64,000 bases of DNA from Podarcis muralis (taxonomy: Eukaryota): assembly GCF_964188315.1 (NCBI RefSeq), contig NC_135655.1, positions 49,910,001-49,974,000 of the forward strand, given 5' to 3'. The notes below the pieces were generated by a model that searched no databases, was not told the DNA's origin, and saw nothing but the letters and a program-made list of their open reading frames with translations. A program made the translations under genes and the position numbers. Positions 1 through 12,657 of this stretch are shown piece by piece. How positions within the stretch are numbered: the first letter of the stretch is position 1; every line of letters starts with the position of its first letter.

Positions 1-1184
1 AGCGGAACAACTCAGAGAGCAAAAGTCCTAAGTACAGCAAATTTTGTCGCTTCAGGAACATGGTGCTACCAACCAACCCAAGATGTTTCATCCTGTGGCC
101 ACCATCCACACCCCAGCCACAAAATGACTCCCCTTCCCTTCAGAGTAAAGGTTATGTTCGCGAGTAGCTAACCTGTGGCTCCTCAAATGTTGCTGGACTA
201 CAGATCCCATCATGCTTGACCACGGTCCCTGCTAGCTGGGGTTGAACAGAGTTGGCTCTATTCCTTCATTATTCCATTTCAGTACGGGCTTGGGATTTGT
301 TCTCATAGCCAATTCTCTCAAAGGCCAAATGACAAGTTAACAAGCAGCTGTATATAATCTCCCCTCTGATGTTTTGTGTTAACTGAAAGAGATCTATAGG
401 AGACTACAGTCTTGAGCAGAGCATCAGCTTTGTTTGTTGTGTTTATTGTTTATGACTACTGTTTGCAGTTATGTAATTTTTTATATGTTGTTAAGCCGCC
501 TTGAGCATGGTTTTAACTTTGGAAAGGTGGCATACAAATAAAATGATTGATGATTGGTTGATAAGCTGTTCATTCCCTTTGGGCTGTTCCCCATGCCATA
601 AATTTGCCTCCCAGCTGCTTTTCATCACACAGGTGGAAAAGAACAGGCCCCCATTTGTTCCCCACCCCCATAAGGAGAAAATCAGCTTATATACCAACTG
701 GAAAAAATAGCACAAAGGAGAAAAGTTAATAGCTCCCATGTCTCTTTTTGCTGTGCAGGACAGTCTCCCACCCGTCCTTCGTTTTTAAAAGCTGCTTTTC
801 AACTTTAGATAAAACTGTCAGGGAGAAAAGTAAAATGCAATGGAGTTTGTGCAATTTGGCCCTGGATTTTGCCTTTCCCCATAGAAAAGCTCCTCACAGG
901 CTAGTCTTGTCTCAGCCAGCATTCCTTTGCCTGCACTTCATTCCTCTGCTCCCGCTGGTCTAAGAATCTCTTGCACTGATGGAAGCAATCCTAACAGGAC
1001 TGTAAGACAGGCCTGGCCAAAGGCATTTTGAGGCCTAATGCAAAGAACAAGATGGCTTCCCCCTCCTCTCTGTGTACCGAAGCCAACTGAATTTACTGCT
1101 TATTTCAACACTGCCAATGAGACAATGGTCCTCCACTTCAACTGAGGGCATGATATGGCCTTCAAACCGGTTTTGGATGATATA

Positions 1185-1426
1185 CAGTGGTACCTTGGGT
1201 TAAGTACTTTATTCATTCCGGAGGTCCGTTCTTATCCTGAAACTGTTCTTAACCTGAAGCACCACTTTAGCTAATGGGGCCTCCTACTGCTGCCGCGCTG
1301 CCGGAGCATGATTTCTGTTCTCATCCTGAAGCAAAGTTCTTAACCTGAGGTAATATTTCTGGGTTAGCGGAGTCTGTAACCTCAAGAGTATGTAACCTGA
1401 AGCGTATGTAACCCAAGGTACCACTG
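1185..1426. mobile_element. Tc1/mariner (Tigger/pogo-like) MITE
   Basis: TIRs CAGTGGTACCTTGGGTTA / TAACCCAAGGTACCACTG with TA on both flanks. Confidence 0.9.
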
Positions 1427-2346
1427 TATTGATATATTGGCCAGCCACAGTAATTACTGAAGTGCTACTAGCAGAGGTGAATGCTAATGGAGGGAAATAT
1501 GAGGTTAAGGATGCATAACAGAAGACATAGTCACAAACATTTTCTGGTACGTAACAGGCTGGTGCCACCATGACATTTTGCTCTGAACAATTTCTCTTAT
1601 TTTTATGCCACCCAGCAAAATTTTTCACAAGCTTCCTAAAAGACTTCCTCACTTCCTTTTGAGGATCTACCATAGGGAAGCTAAATGTTCTCACGGGGCT
1701 CTCTCTCAATTTGTTCCTCTTGATCTCTTCCCCCAGTACCCTTTTTTTCTCAAAGCCTTTTTTGGAACTGTTCTAATCCACCACCCTCGAACTATTCAGA
1801 AGTAGCAATGTACTACTTTTAAATATTTGTGACCCAAACTTGGGGTGGTAGAATACTGGGGAGAGAAGTTAACTCTGGAGACACTATGATTCTATGAATC
1901 TCCCAAACATCCTATATATAGCATGCAAAGCTGGAACGGAGGCTGTCTCTGAATCCCTAGCTTGAAAGAGTTCCCCATCCCAACAGACTCTGGACAAATT
2001 ATAAAAAGTCTTTAACAAGTATTATGTAGAAAAAGATTCTGGCCCCATTAAAATCATAGTGCATTCCATGCAGGAACTCTTTTTCACTTGTTGCACTATT
2101 AATCGCTTCAATTCTTCATCTCTCAAAACTTACAGCTTTAGTTCATTTCTAAATCAAAATTCAGCAACATATTATTATTATCACACACACAAATTGTTTT
2201 ACAATTTAAAATACTCATTTAAACATCCTTAAAATATCAATGACTTCCCTTCTTCTCTTTCCGTGGTTCATTTTGCATATCTTAAATCCCTGCATATTTT
2301 ACATAAATCAAACCATTCAGTATTCCATTACATCCATCAAAACTTA

Positions 2347-2948
2347 CGTATTTTTCGCTCTATAACACGCAGTTTTTTCCTCCTGGAAAGTAAGGGGAAA
2401 TGTCTGTGCGTGTTATGGAGCGAATGCCTACAGATGGCAGGGGAATCCGCTGCAGTTGTGAGCAGTCCGTGGCTCTCTTTGAAACTGCAAAGCGGGTGTA
2501 AGCGGCTCCTGTCAGCGAGCCGAGCCGGGCAGGAGGGAGAGAAGCAGAGCGGGGTTGGTTGCTTTAAAACAACCCCGTGCTCTATGTCCCTCTCTCTTCT
2601 CCACTGAGCTGCTAAGTAGCAGCAAAGCTTTTCAGCCAGCCTAGCCGGGAGGAGGGAGAGAAGCAGATCGGGGCTGGTTGCTTTAAAACAGCCCCGTGCT
2701 CTATGTCCCTGCCTGCAGTTTTTTGCTGTCCGATTTTGGATCAGCCACTGTAGGGGCTCTGTGTGTGTGTGTGTGTGCTTGAGCTATCGTTCTCCTCCTC
2801 CTCCTTCCTGTTCACTCTCACAGCGCCCCAGCGCTCTCCTGCGACTTTAGGAGTGATACTCTGTGTGTCTCTCTGTGTGTGAGGCATCGTTCTCCTTCTC
2901 TTGCTTCCCACTCCCAGCGCCCCTGCCTCTCCTGCGACTTTAGGGTTG

Positions 2949-2991
<43 letters not shown>

Positions 2992-3254
2992 CATCGTTCT
3001 CCTCTTGCTTCCCCTTCACTCCCCCAGCGCCCCTGCGACTTTAGGGCGACTTTAGCATGGATCCACATGGATCCTCAGGATTTTTGCATTGGGCTACCCC
3101 AAACTCACCGTCAGATCACATGTCTGTGGCCACAGCATGAACCACAAAAATCATACATCCACTGTTTTGTTTAGAATATTTTTTTCTTGTTTTCCTCCTC
3201 TAAAAACTATGTGCGTGTTATGGTCTGGTGCGTGTTATAGAGCGAAAAATACGG
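2347..3254. mobile_element. TcMar-Tc2-like non-autonomous element (copy A) with internal repeats and (TG)n
   Basis: TIR (C)CGTATTTTTCGCTCTATAACACGCA at both ends, TA flanks; CCGTA-type termini are typical of Tc2-group elements. Confidence 0.85.
2953..2990. repeat. (TG)n microsatellite
   Basis: Direct reading. Confidence 0.95.
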
Positions 3255-4022
3255 TATTTACACTGTTGAGTTTACCTTATTGCTAAATGCTACCAACGTT
3301 TCCAAGGGTACACAATTCCCCCCCCCCATATATTCAATAAATATTTTTCAATCTTCTCTAAACATATGTTCTGCTTGTTCTCTTATTCTGTATGTTAGAT
3401 CTGGAAGCTGCGCATATTCTGTCAGCTTAAGTTGCCATTCTTCTTTAGTTGAGACCTCACTCTTTTTCCATTTTGGGGCCTACAAAATACGGGCCGCAGT
3501 AGTGGCATACATAAAGAACCTTTTTTTTTTTTTTTACACCTGGGAATTTCAGTCTGAATTATCCCCAACAGAAACGATTCTGGGTTTTTTGGGAAAGTAC
3601 TTTTAAAAGTATTATTACACTTTTTTAAAGGCTGCTCCCACGCCACACATTAGCCTTATTCACATTTTTAATAAAACATTACCGTTAGGGGTGATGTCCT
3701 ATGCACATGGAGCAGACACTGCACCTATGCTGCTCTACTGCTCTTCACGGCTGCTCGCTCTTTGCAGCAAGGAATGCGTGTTCAGCAGCTCACTGCATGG
3801 AAGGAACCATTTTCTCCTCGCCACTGCAAATACCTGCCACTTGGAAGCTGCCGCCACCCGTAGGAGACATTTAACATTGATCCCACAAGGCAGCTACTTC
3901 TTACGGTATTCCTTGAAAATGTGACCTCTGTCTCTCGAGATGTTGCTGGGTGTCACCTCCAAGGATGATGGGAACTGTAGTTCAGCAACATTTAGAGGGC
4001 CTCTGGTTCCCTACACCTAGAC

Positions 4023-4271
4023 CAGGGGTAGACAACCAAAGGCCCGGGGGCCAGATGCGGCCCAATCGCCTTCTCAATCCAGCCCACGGACGATCCGGGA
4101 ATCAGCGTGTTTTTACATGAGTAGAATGTGTGCTTTTATTTAAAATGCATCTCTGGGTTATTTGTGGGGCATAGGAATTCATTATTATTTTTTTCAAAAT
4201 ATAGTCTGGCCCACCACATGGTCTGAGGGACGGTGGACCAGCCCACGGCCGAAAAAGGTTGCTGACCCCTG
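4023..4271. mobile_element. hAT (Charlie-like) MITE
   Basis: TIRs CAGGGGTAGACAACC / GGTTGCTGACCCCTG with a perfect 8-bp TSD ACCTAGAC. Confidence 0.9.
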
Positions 4272-4740
4272 ACCTAGACTAAGAGATGCAAAGCAAAATG
4301 GAAACATTTTAGTAGCTAACCCCTTGATAAAAGGGTTTCTACTTGAAACACACCAAGGTTTTAATAGAAACCAAATAATGTGCTGCAGAGCTGTCACTGG
4401 ATAAACATTAGGAATCCTATTTAAAGAAAAGAAGCTTCAAGGTTACAGATAATTTCAAGGGGGAAGTGGGAGCAAAGTTAGGAAGAACTGTACATGATTA
4501 ACAACATTTTTGTTCATTTCCTAACAGATACACAGTCAAACACTATGCATATTTACTCAGAAGAAAATTCCACTTAATTCAGTTGTGCTTACCCACAATT
4601 GAGAGTGCACAGGGTTGCAGCCTTAACAGTAATATTTCTTTAAAAAGCTAGGAAGTCTTCTCTAGGAATAAATGAAAAACATACTTCCTAACACAAAGAT
4701 GAGAACTAACGGCCAGATAACTACCAAACTCTATTCATTA

Positions 4741-6161
4741 CCGTATTTTTCGCTCTATAACACGCACCTGACCATAACACGCACATCGTTTTTAGAGGAG
4801 GAAAACAAGGGAAAAAATATTCTGAATGAAACAGTGGACGTATCATTTTTGTGCTTCATGCTGTGGCCACAGACATGTGATCTGATGGTGAATTTGGGGT
4901 GACCCAATGCAAAAATCCTGAGAATCCCTGTGGATCCATGCTTTGTAACCACGTTTTTGCACCATTGCAGCCCCAGGCAACAGTGGGTGCGTGATTTTTT
5001 TGGGGGGGCAGGCTGTAGCCATGGACATGCTATGTGCTCTGATGGTGAATTTTGGCTGACCCAATGCAAAGATCCTGAGGATCCATGTGGATCCATGCTT
5101 TGTAACCACGTTTTTGCACCATTGCAGCCCCAGGCAACAGTGGGTGCATGATTTTTTTTGGGGGGGGGGGGGACAGGCTGTAGCCATGGACATGCTATGT
5201 GCTCTGATGGTGAATTTTGGCTGACCCAATGCAAAGATTCTGAGGATCCATGTGGATCCATGCTTTGTAACCACGTTTTTGCACCATTGCAGCCCCAGGC
5301 AACAATGGGTGTGTGATTTTGGGGGGGCAGGCTGTAGCCATGGACATGCTGTGTGCTCTGATGGTGAATTTGGGGTGACCCAATGCAAAGATCCTGAGGA
5401 TCCATGTGGATCCATGCTTTGTAACCACATTTTAAGTGGGGAGGGAAGGAAAAACACAGAAGGCTAAGAATGCAGGAGAGGGCTATAACGTGAGGAAAGG
5501 AAGGCAAAAGTTTCCCCCCACCCACCCACACAAGCCAGCCAGCCTGCGCTCTCTCTCTCTCCCTCTCCCTCCCACCAGCATGACAGAAGAAAGCATTTTA
5601 ACTGCATTAAGAACTATTTAGCAGCGAAACCTAAGCTTTGCCATCCCTTAAGAGGTACAGACACTGTAATCTTCCAGATCGCATGAATTTACAGGCAAAA
5701 CACTGTTTAAGGATTTCATCCTTTTAAATGGAAGAAAGCATATTTGAATGCTGTGTGTCTCCAAAAACAAAAAGCAGGAAGTCAAATCAGAATTTTAAGC
5801 CGAACCTGTAATCTCTCTTCCCTTCACAAACATTGTTCCCTCCGGAGCAGGGAGAGGATAGAACGAGGGACGCTCTGCTCTCCCCTCTACTTGCCTGGAG
5901 GGGAGGGGCTTTCCCTGCTCTTTGTTCCGTTTGAGCAAACACAGTAACGAAACAGAGCAGGGTGGGCAGTAAGACCCTGAGGCAGAATGCAGGAAAGCCA
6001 CCACTTCCTCTCTCACGGAGCTCCCTTCTCCCTGAAGCGCGGTTTGATTTTTGCCTCATTTTTCGGCTCCAGGGACCACACATTCGCTGCATAACACGCA
6101 CAGACATTTCCCCTTCCTTTTTAGGAGAAAAAATCTGCGTGTTATAGAGCGAAAAATACGG
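4741..6161. mobile_element. TcMar-Tc2-like non-autonomous element (copy B), inverted relative to A
   Basis: Perfect TIRs CCGTATTTTTCGCTCTATAACACGCA, TA on both flanks. Confidence 0.9.
4882..5430. repeat. Minisatellite, ~3.5 copies of a 154-165 bp unit, inside copy B
   Basis: Units start at CTGATGGTGAATTT at 4882, 5039, 5204 and 5358. Confidence 0.9.
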
Positions 6162-6375
6162 TATATCCTGCTGCAGAAGGTTCCATTTGTGGCTTATTGC
6201 ACAGCTAATTTTTCACTTACACATTGCACATGCAACTGAAATATTTGCATGTATTTTTTAAAAAATTGCTAGTTTTAATAAAATGGGATTGTTTAATTGA
6301 GATGTTTTTAAATGTTTCCCATTGAGTTTTATTATATTTTATGCAAACAGCCTTGGGGCGATTTTTATTCTTGAA

Positions 6376-6435
6376 GGGAAGGAGGGAAGGAAGGAAGGAA
6401 GGAAGGAAGGAAGGAAGGAAGGAAGGAAGGAAGGA
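6376..6435. repeat. (GGAA)n microsatellite
   Basis: Direct reading. Confidence 0.95.
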
Positions 6436-9400
6436 AGTTCTCCATTTACTCCTGCTTCCCCTTCCTATGTTGTTTCCCATGTTGAATTTTAGATTTTAAG
6501 TTCTGTGGGGCAAGGATCTTTCAGCTTGTACTTTGCAAACAGCTATGCAGATCTGAGGCCTATAAAAATAACAGCAGCAGCCAAGTTGCTAGCTAATTTT
6601 CATCAGGAAAAAAAGACTGAAGCAAATGTCAGTGCCATTCTTTCAGTTGTTTCACAGAACACAAAAGTCAACTTTCCCCTGGCTGAACATGACAGGAGAT
6701 TCACAGGAGCTGAAAGACACCTTTTGTCTGAAAACACTCCCCCCCCCCCCGCCAGTAACAGCAATCCTCATCCCACACCTTCCAGTAAAAGGAGATAAGC
6801 CCATTTTACAGCAATAATCCAGAACCATCATTTTGTTCTTTTCACCTCAGCCTTAAACAAAAACCTGGTGCTTGTGACTCTTTGAATCAATGGGTCACCT
6901 CCTCTTCTGCCCCTCACTGCATAGGTGTCCTGGGCAGAAACTCAAAGGAGCTAAAAGAGAGGTGAAAATTGGTAATTTTATAGTAGATAGATGCTGCATA
7001 TATACTACTACACCTTCAAAGCACATTCATATCACATTTCCACCCTCAAAGAATTCTGGGAACTGGAGTTTACCTCTCACAGAGCTCCATGTCCCAGCAA
7101 CCCTTAACAAACTACAGTACCCAGAATTTTCTGAGGAGGGAAATGTGTTTCACAGGTGCTTTAACGGTATTATGTGTACACAGTCACAAACAGATCCTAG
7201 AACAGACAGTATTTCCTCCCCTCTCTGCCTGCAGGATTTACTTAGTCCTCCAATGGACAGAAAGAGAGGGAAAAGAAGGGATTGTTCTTACGTAATCTTT
7301 CTGGCTGTTTCTCAGACAGGAGTTCCCTGAATCACAGCCAGTGCTGGTGGTGGATGGCTTACTTGCCTGCAGAGGCAAGGTGAGGCAACTGCCTCAGGCG
7401 GCAGGATCCATGGGAGCGACAGATCCCGATGCAGATATTTCTTCGCTGCTTGTTCCTGATATAGATCTTCATTCACTGCTTCTTCCTTGGCTGGGAGGTG
7501 GGAGCTATTTTGTGATCCACCTCAGGAGCCAAAATGTGGCACAACCACAACTGCCGGCACGTGAGCTTGACTGCCTCTTATTTTGTTGCACAGGCTCCAA
7601 CTGTAAGCTCGTCTGAGGGCAAGATACTGGCTTCATCACCCAACTTCAGTCAACATTGTTATTCCTGACCTAAAGGGGGTTCTAAGTGCTTTTAATGTTT
7701 GTAAGACAGGGTCACATGCAGCAGCAGAAGTGTCTTCCTGAGGTGTCACAAGGGTCAGGAACAGCTGCACCTGTCACCAAAACTCTTCCTGCTCCACAAC
7801 TACCAGAGATCCCTGGGAGGCCAGACATCCACAATATTTAGCTGGCTAGACCCTTTAGACCTTCTTCCTGACACTGCAGGACCCCTATGTCCCCTCTCCA
7901 CATTGCTTTCCCTCCATCTCTATGTGTCCTCCAAGCCTTCTGCTTCCACTGCCCTTAATACTGCAAAACCCCATACACCAGGGGCTGGGAACCTTCTTCA
8001 GCCCCAGAACCACACTCCCTTGTGGGAAACCTTCCTGGGGCCACATGGCAGTAGTGGGTGGGGCCACAGGCAAAAGAGGGTGGAGCAACTGGGGTAAATC
8101 TTACCTCTGTACAGAAAGCTAGTTTCTGCGAACACTAAGACGCACGCCTCTCTATCCTCCATCCAGGCAAGGAAGTGATATTATCAGGCTTCAAGGACAC
8201 ATTCCCACCAGGCAAAAACATTTAAGGAGAGCTAAAAGCAGGGCCAGTAACCGGCATGTTCTAGGAGAGGAGAGTTGCAGGAGAGCAAGGACCAGACAGG
8301 GAGACTTGGAGGGTCACATGTGGCCTCTGGGTTTGAGGTTCCCCACCCTTGCTAAATACCACTTCCACCCAACTCTTGGGCCCTTTTATGTTATTTTCTT
8401 GCTGGGTTTAAGGGAATGCCCTCTAGAAAACTGCCATAGCCTGGGCAGATTGCTTCTGGCTGGCTGGTCTCCAAGACCTGGATGCACCCATGACAGAAGA
8501 ATGAATTTTAGGATGGACATTTTGTATCTTACATTTTCCCCCCCGGTGTTTGTTTTCATTTCTACACATTTTATCTTGTTAAATCATTTTTGAGACCTTT
8601 GCTTTTATAAAGTGACCAATGGGTATAATAAATTATAACAACAATAATAACATTTCTGCATGCATGCATGTCACAGCTCCAGCGACAACTTGCAGAAAAG
8701 GGTTGTGGCACAGTGGAGCATGGATCAGCCCCAGTCACAGGCTTGGAGGCCTCTTCCTGCGTCTCCTGGCACAGTCTGGCAGGGGCTACTGGCAGGAGAA
8801 GGCGTTGTAGCCCAGCCACTTCAATCAACTATAATACAAAGCACAAGGACTTTAAGAGCTTGAAGCACAGGGCAGGAAAGTAGTACAATGTACGGCTCTC
8901 TGTTTATAGAAGATATACCTGTGAGCAGCTATTAATCATAGCTAACTCCAGCTTCCATATTCAAGGACAGCATACCTCTGAATATTAGACATGGGGATAA
9001 AAGATCAAAATAGGAATGCTGTCTTAATGTCTTGCTTGTGAGCTTTCCAGAGGCAGTTAACTGGTCTCTGTCAGAAAGAAAATGCTGGACCATATGGGTC
9101 TCTGGTTTAACCCAGCAAGACTCTTTTAACAGCTACCAAAAGGGAGAAGGAGAAAAGGCTTGCCATAAAGACACCGTTTAAAAGCAGGGAAGTATAAGCT
9201 TAAATCAGGGGAAATCAGCTGCTTCAGAAAAAGTACTTCAATAAATTAACAAATGAGGATGTTGCTATTTTTATAAAAGCTCACCAGTTCAGTATTTGTT
9301 TCAGTTTCAAAAATATCTTAAAATTAAGAGCCTTATGAAACATAACCACAACTACAACTCTGGAAATTTAAGAATATCTTATTGTCAAATTAGTTGTGTA

Positions 9401-9626
9401 ACTTAAGTGTCTTCTGCAGACTGTTTCCATTTCCCTTTCTCTGCTCCACCCTTTACTCCCACAATTAGGATACAAGACGCCTCTCCCACTCCAAAACCAT
9501 GAAAGACAAAGTCACAAAAGCTCACACAGATGGATGTTTCCCTTCATCTGGTTGACAAAGCTCATTCGCTGCTTAGGTAGCTAAGGGGGCCCAGAGAGAG
9601 AAGAGGAGGGTCTGCACTTTTGAAAG

Positions 9627-9642
9627 TGAACTGTAGTAACCT
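9627..9642 (-). promoter_or_regulatory. DR4 LXR response element candidate AGGTTA-ctac-AGTTCA
   Basis: + strand TGAACTgtagTAACCT matches the LXRE consensus RGKTYA-n4-RGKTCA. Confidence 0.5.
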
Positions 9643-10899
9643 TAGGTTCTTGGCTCAGCTCAGAGCCAGGTCTGACTCCACTATCAGCGCTGACCTTTGG
9701 ACGGACAGCAGGAAATGCAATCATGACTTTGACAACTTTGTCAAGGGATTCAAACAGGAAAAATCACATTAGTGCTCTTCCCTTGAGAGAAAAGCAGGGG
9801 TGTGGGGTGGGACACCCAAGAATGGTCCCTACCTCCTCCCATCCTCCACAAAGCAGCTTGAGGCACGTTGACAAGGACAGCCAATAGTCGGGGAAATAAT
9901 AAGTCAGAGAAAACGCCGGGCTGTGGAAAAAGCTAGAAGCAAGCCTCAACGCTGATCCATGTGAACTCAGCTGTTCTGCCATCAGTGCACTCTTGTACCA
10001 TTTGCCCTGGGACAACCTGTAACTGTTAAAAACCTTCTGGATCAGAGCAAAGGCCTCAAAAGTCCTGCATTCTGTTCTTGCAATGGCTAACCAGATGTTG
10101 GGGGAAAGCCCACAAGCGGGTGCAAAAGCTCTGATCCCGAGAGGTATATATTCAATCTGGTCCTGGAGCCAGTTTAAATCTCTCCAACAAGCCCAGCACA
10201 GGGGAAATCCAGCAAGTGCTGCGATGGAGAATTCACCCACCGCAACCCTGGGATGGCAAGAGAGGCTTAAACTCCTCCCTCAAGCCCAGCACAGTAATAG
10301 GGATGAGTGTGGGGTGAGTGTATCTGTGTGTGAGAGAAAGACTACATGTGAGTGAGTGAGTGAGTGAGTTCTTCCTGTGTGGTGAGCTTATGTTCTGTAT
10401 ACATGGGGACATGCAAGAGCTTAAACAGGGTGGAGGGCAGCCTGGGTGGGTATAGGGCTGCTGCCCACAATATGCATCTATATAGGACTGGTGTGTGGGA
10501 GACCGGGTGTTTGCTACAGTATGGTTCTGCTTGTATTTATTGGATCAGGGCCCACCTGCAATGAATTGAGTAGAGTGGATGATTAATGATGTTGTGCAGG
10601 TGTGGGGGACCTCCAGCTCACAGATTTGGACTGCCAGCATTCCCTTTTTGGCCTGTGAGGCCATTCCGGGCAAGCCGTGGCTCTGAGCCAGTCATATGTG
10701 ACAACAGGTGTGGGGCAGGAAGCAGTGGGGTCTGGCCCAAAGGGGCTTTGCAGGCATTGCCAATTATGAGTGTCTCCAATCAGGTGGTTGTCGGGCACTT
10801 GGAAAGAACTGTGCAAAGGACTTTGCAAGCCCTAAGCTTGGCACTTGGGAAGTGCCAAGCATAGAGCTTACAAAGCACATTGCACACCATGTCCCACCC

Positions 10900-11000
10900 A
10901 GCTGATTGTTGGGTGTTTGGGAAGCACCACGCAAACCAGCCTTGCCCTAGATGCTTCCAGGGAGATTACTACAATGCACTCTACATGGGGCTGCCCATTT
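10900..11000 (+). mobile_element. L2 remnant
   Basis: DYYNALYMGLP in frame at ~10965-10997. Confidence 0.5.
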
Positions 11001-12613
11001 GGTCTACTGACTGAACACTGAAGAGAGGGACATGGGAAGAAAACTAGCCCGGCTGCTGAATTCCATAAGAGAAGTTAGTGGAGGAGGCGGGGGCGAAGGA
11101 ACAAAAATATGAGAACTTTAAAAGTTCCATATTAGGTATAAGGAGAATGATGGCTAGAAAGTGGGAGAAGCCCATCTGTGAGCCAGGGAATGTGCATAGT
11201 CCTAATTGCCAGTGGCACAAGGCCAAATGTGAAGACGAACTTTCTGCAGACTTTGCCCGGCCAAGTTGCGTTCCCTTCTCACAACATCTGACATCACAAC
11301 AAACTGCCGGCTAGAAAACAGTCCCGCAAGTCAAGCTGAAGTGTCCTTGGCTCCAAGCCAGCCAGTGACAGGGCTGCACTCAAGGCACACCCACCAGATG
11401 AGAAACAAGAGCCTTGAAATTCTCCAGGATGGCTTCAATTACTTGGAGCGCTGGCTCTGCTTCTCCCAATGCCCTGCCCTTCCTGATGTCTCGTGTCTGA
11501 TAAGGCTTTACCTACTTCATCCAGCAACTTGCCAAGGCAGCTTAAAACAACTTCTTTTCAAAGCTTCCGTAGGTGATCACCAGCCCTTGCTGGTGTAAAA
11601 CACTGTCTGTTGCATTGCAGCAGCCATAGAGATGGGGGACAAGTAGCCCTCCATATGTTGTTGGACTCTCATCAGTCCAACCAGCAGGCCCAATGGTCAG
11701 GTATAATGGGAGCTGTTGCCTCAAAACATCTGGAAAGCCACAGGTTGCTCATCTCTAGTATAATAAAATGGAAACTAAAATAACCACATTATTGTGTTGC
11801 TTTCACAAAAGATAGAAATATCATGTGCTAAGTTTTTCCTTTATGTCCTGCACGCCTCATAACACTGAAAGCCGCATGTGGATGAAGGAAACATGAGAAT
11901 AATAAACAATGGAAGGATATATCATCCCCTTCCACTTAAACTGGATAATTAAGACTTAAGAAGTGTCAAGTGCATCTTACTAAGATGGGACTCCCCTTTG
12001 AAATCTAGACCTGTTTGTGTGATCTGTCTGCTATGTGGGCTCTAGCAGAATATATCCCCCCCCCCCGCTGTTACCCTCCCCTCCCCTCAAATGTTGTCCC
12101 CCCTACACACACACACACACACTTTGGAGGTAGGCTTAAGCCCTTGCCTCTGGACAAAGCCCTGAGTCATATGATTTATTTTTAAATACTACGTTTTTAA
12201 AATTGCAGAAACAAAGCTCACGGTGTTCTACATACTTTAATAATATATAGACAGGATGTACAAATGGGGAACCTGCTAATTTGACAGTATCCAGGGATAT
12301 GAAAGCCTGCATGTGTGGGGAGAAGTATTCTTCATTCTGAAGTGATCAGAAGCGTCTACCATGCGAGGAACAGCACACTTGAGTTGGCCGCTCATTCAAA
12401 CATAAAAGAGAGATCCAGTGCTGGAAGGATCCAGCAGGGGAGGTTTCAAGGCCTAGCAAGAGTATCTCCTCTCTTCCACAAGACATTACTTTAAATTTGG
12501 GAATGGGTCTTCCATATTAGTTATCTTGCTACAACTAGCAGCTTTTCCTATGGAGGATGGACACTGGGGTCCTCAGCTGACTGCTCCATGCCGTCTGGAC
12601 CAAGGAATAGAAA

Positions 12614-12617
<4 letters not shown>

Positions 12618-12652
<35 letters not shown>
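12618..12652. repeat. (CA)n microsatellite
   Basis: Direct reading. Confidence 0.95.

Positions 12653-12657
<5 letters not shown>

Noticed and set aside
4882-5430. CRISPR-like or other prokaryotic repeat-spacer system
   Set aside because: The units are contiguous near-identical tandem copies without unique spacers, in a vertebrate intron-exon context
4755-5531. 258-aa and 204-aa minus-strand ORFs
   Set aside because: They are products of the stop-free minisatellite inside a MITE, with repetitive translation and no protein signature
9764-10240. 158-aa minus-strand ORF near the LXRE cluster
   Set aside because: It has a GTG start and no similarity to the LXR N-terminus, zinc fingers or LBD that I could recognise
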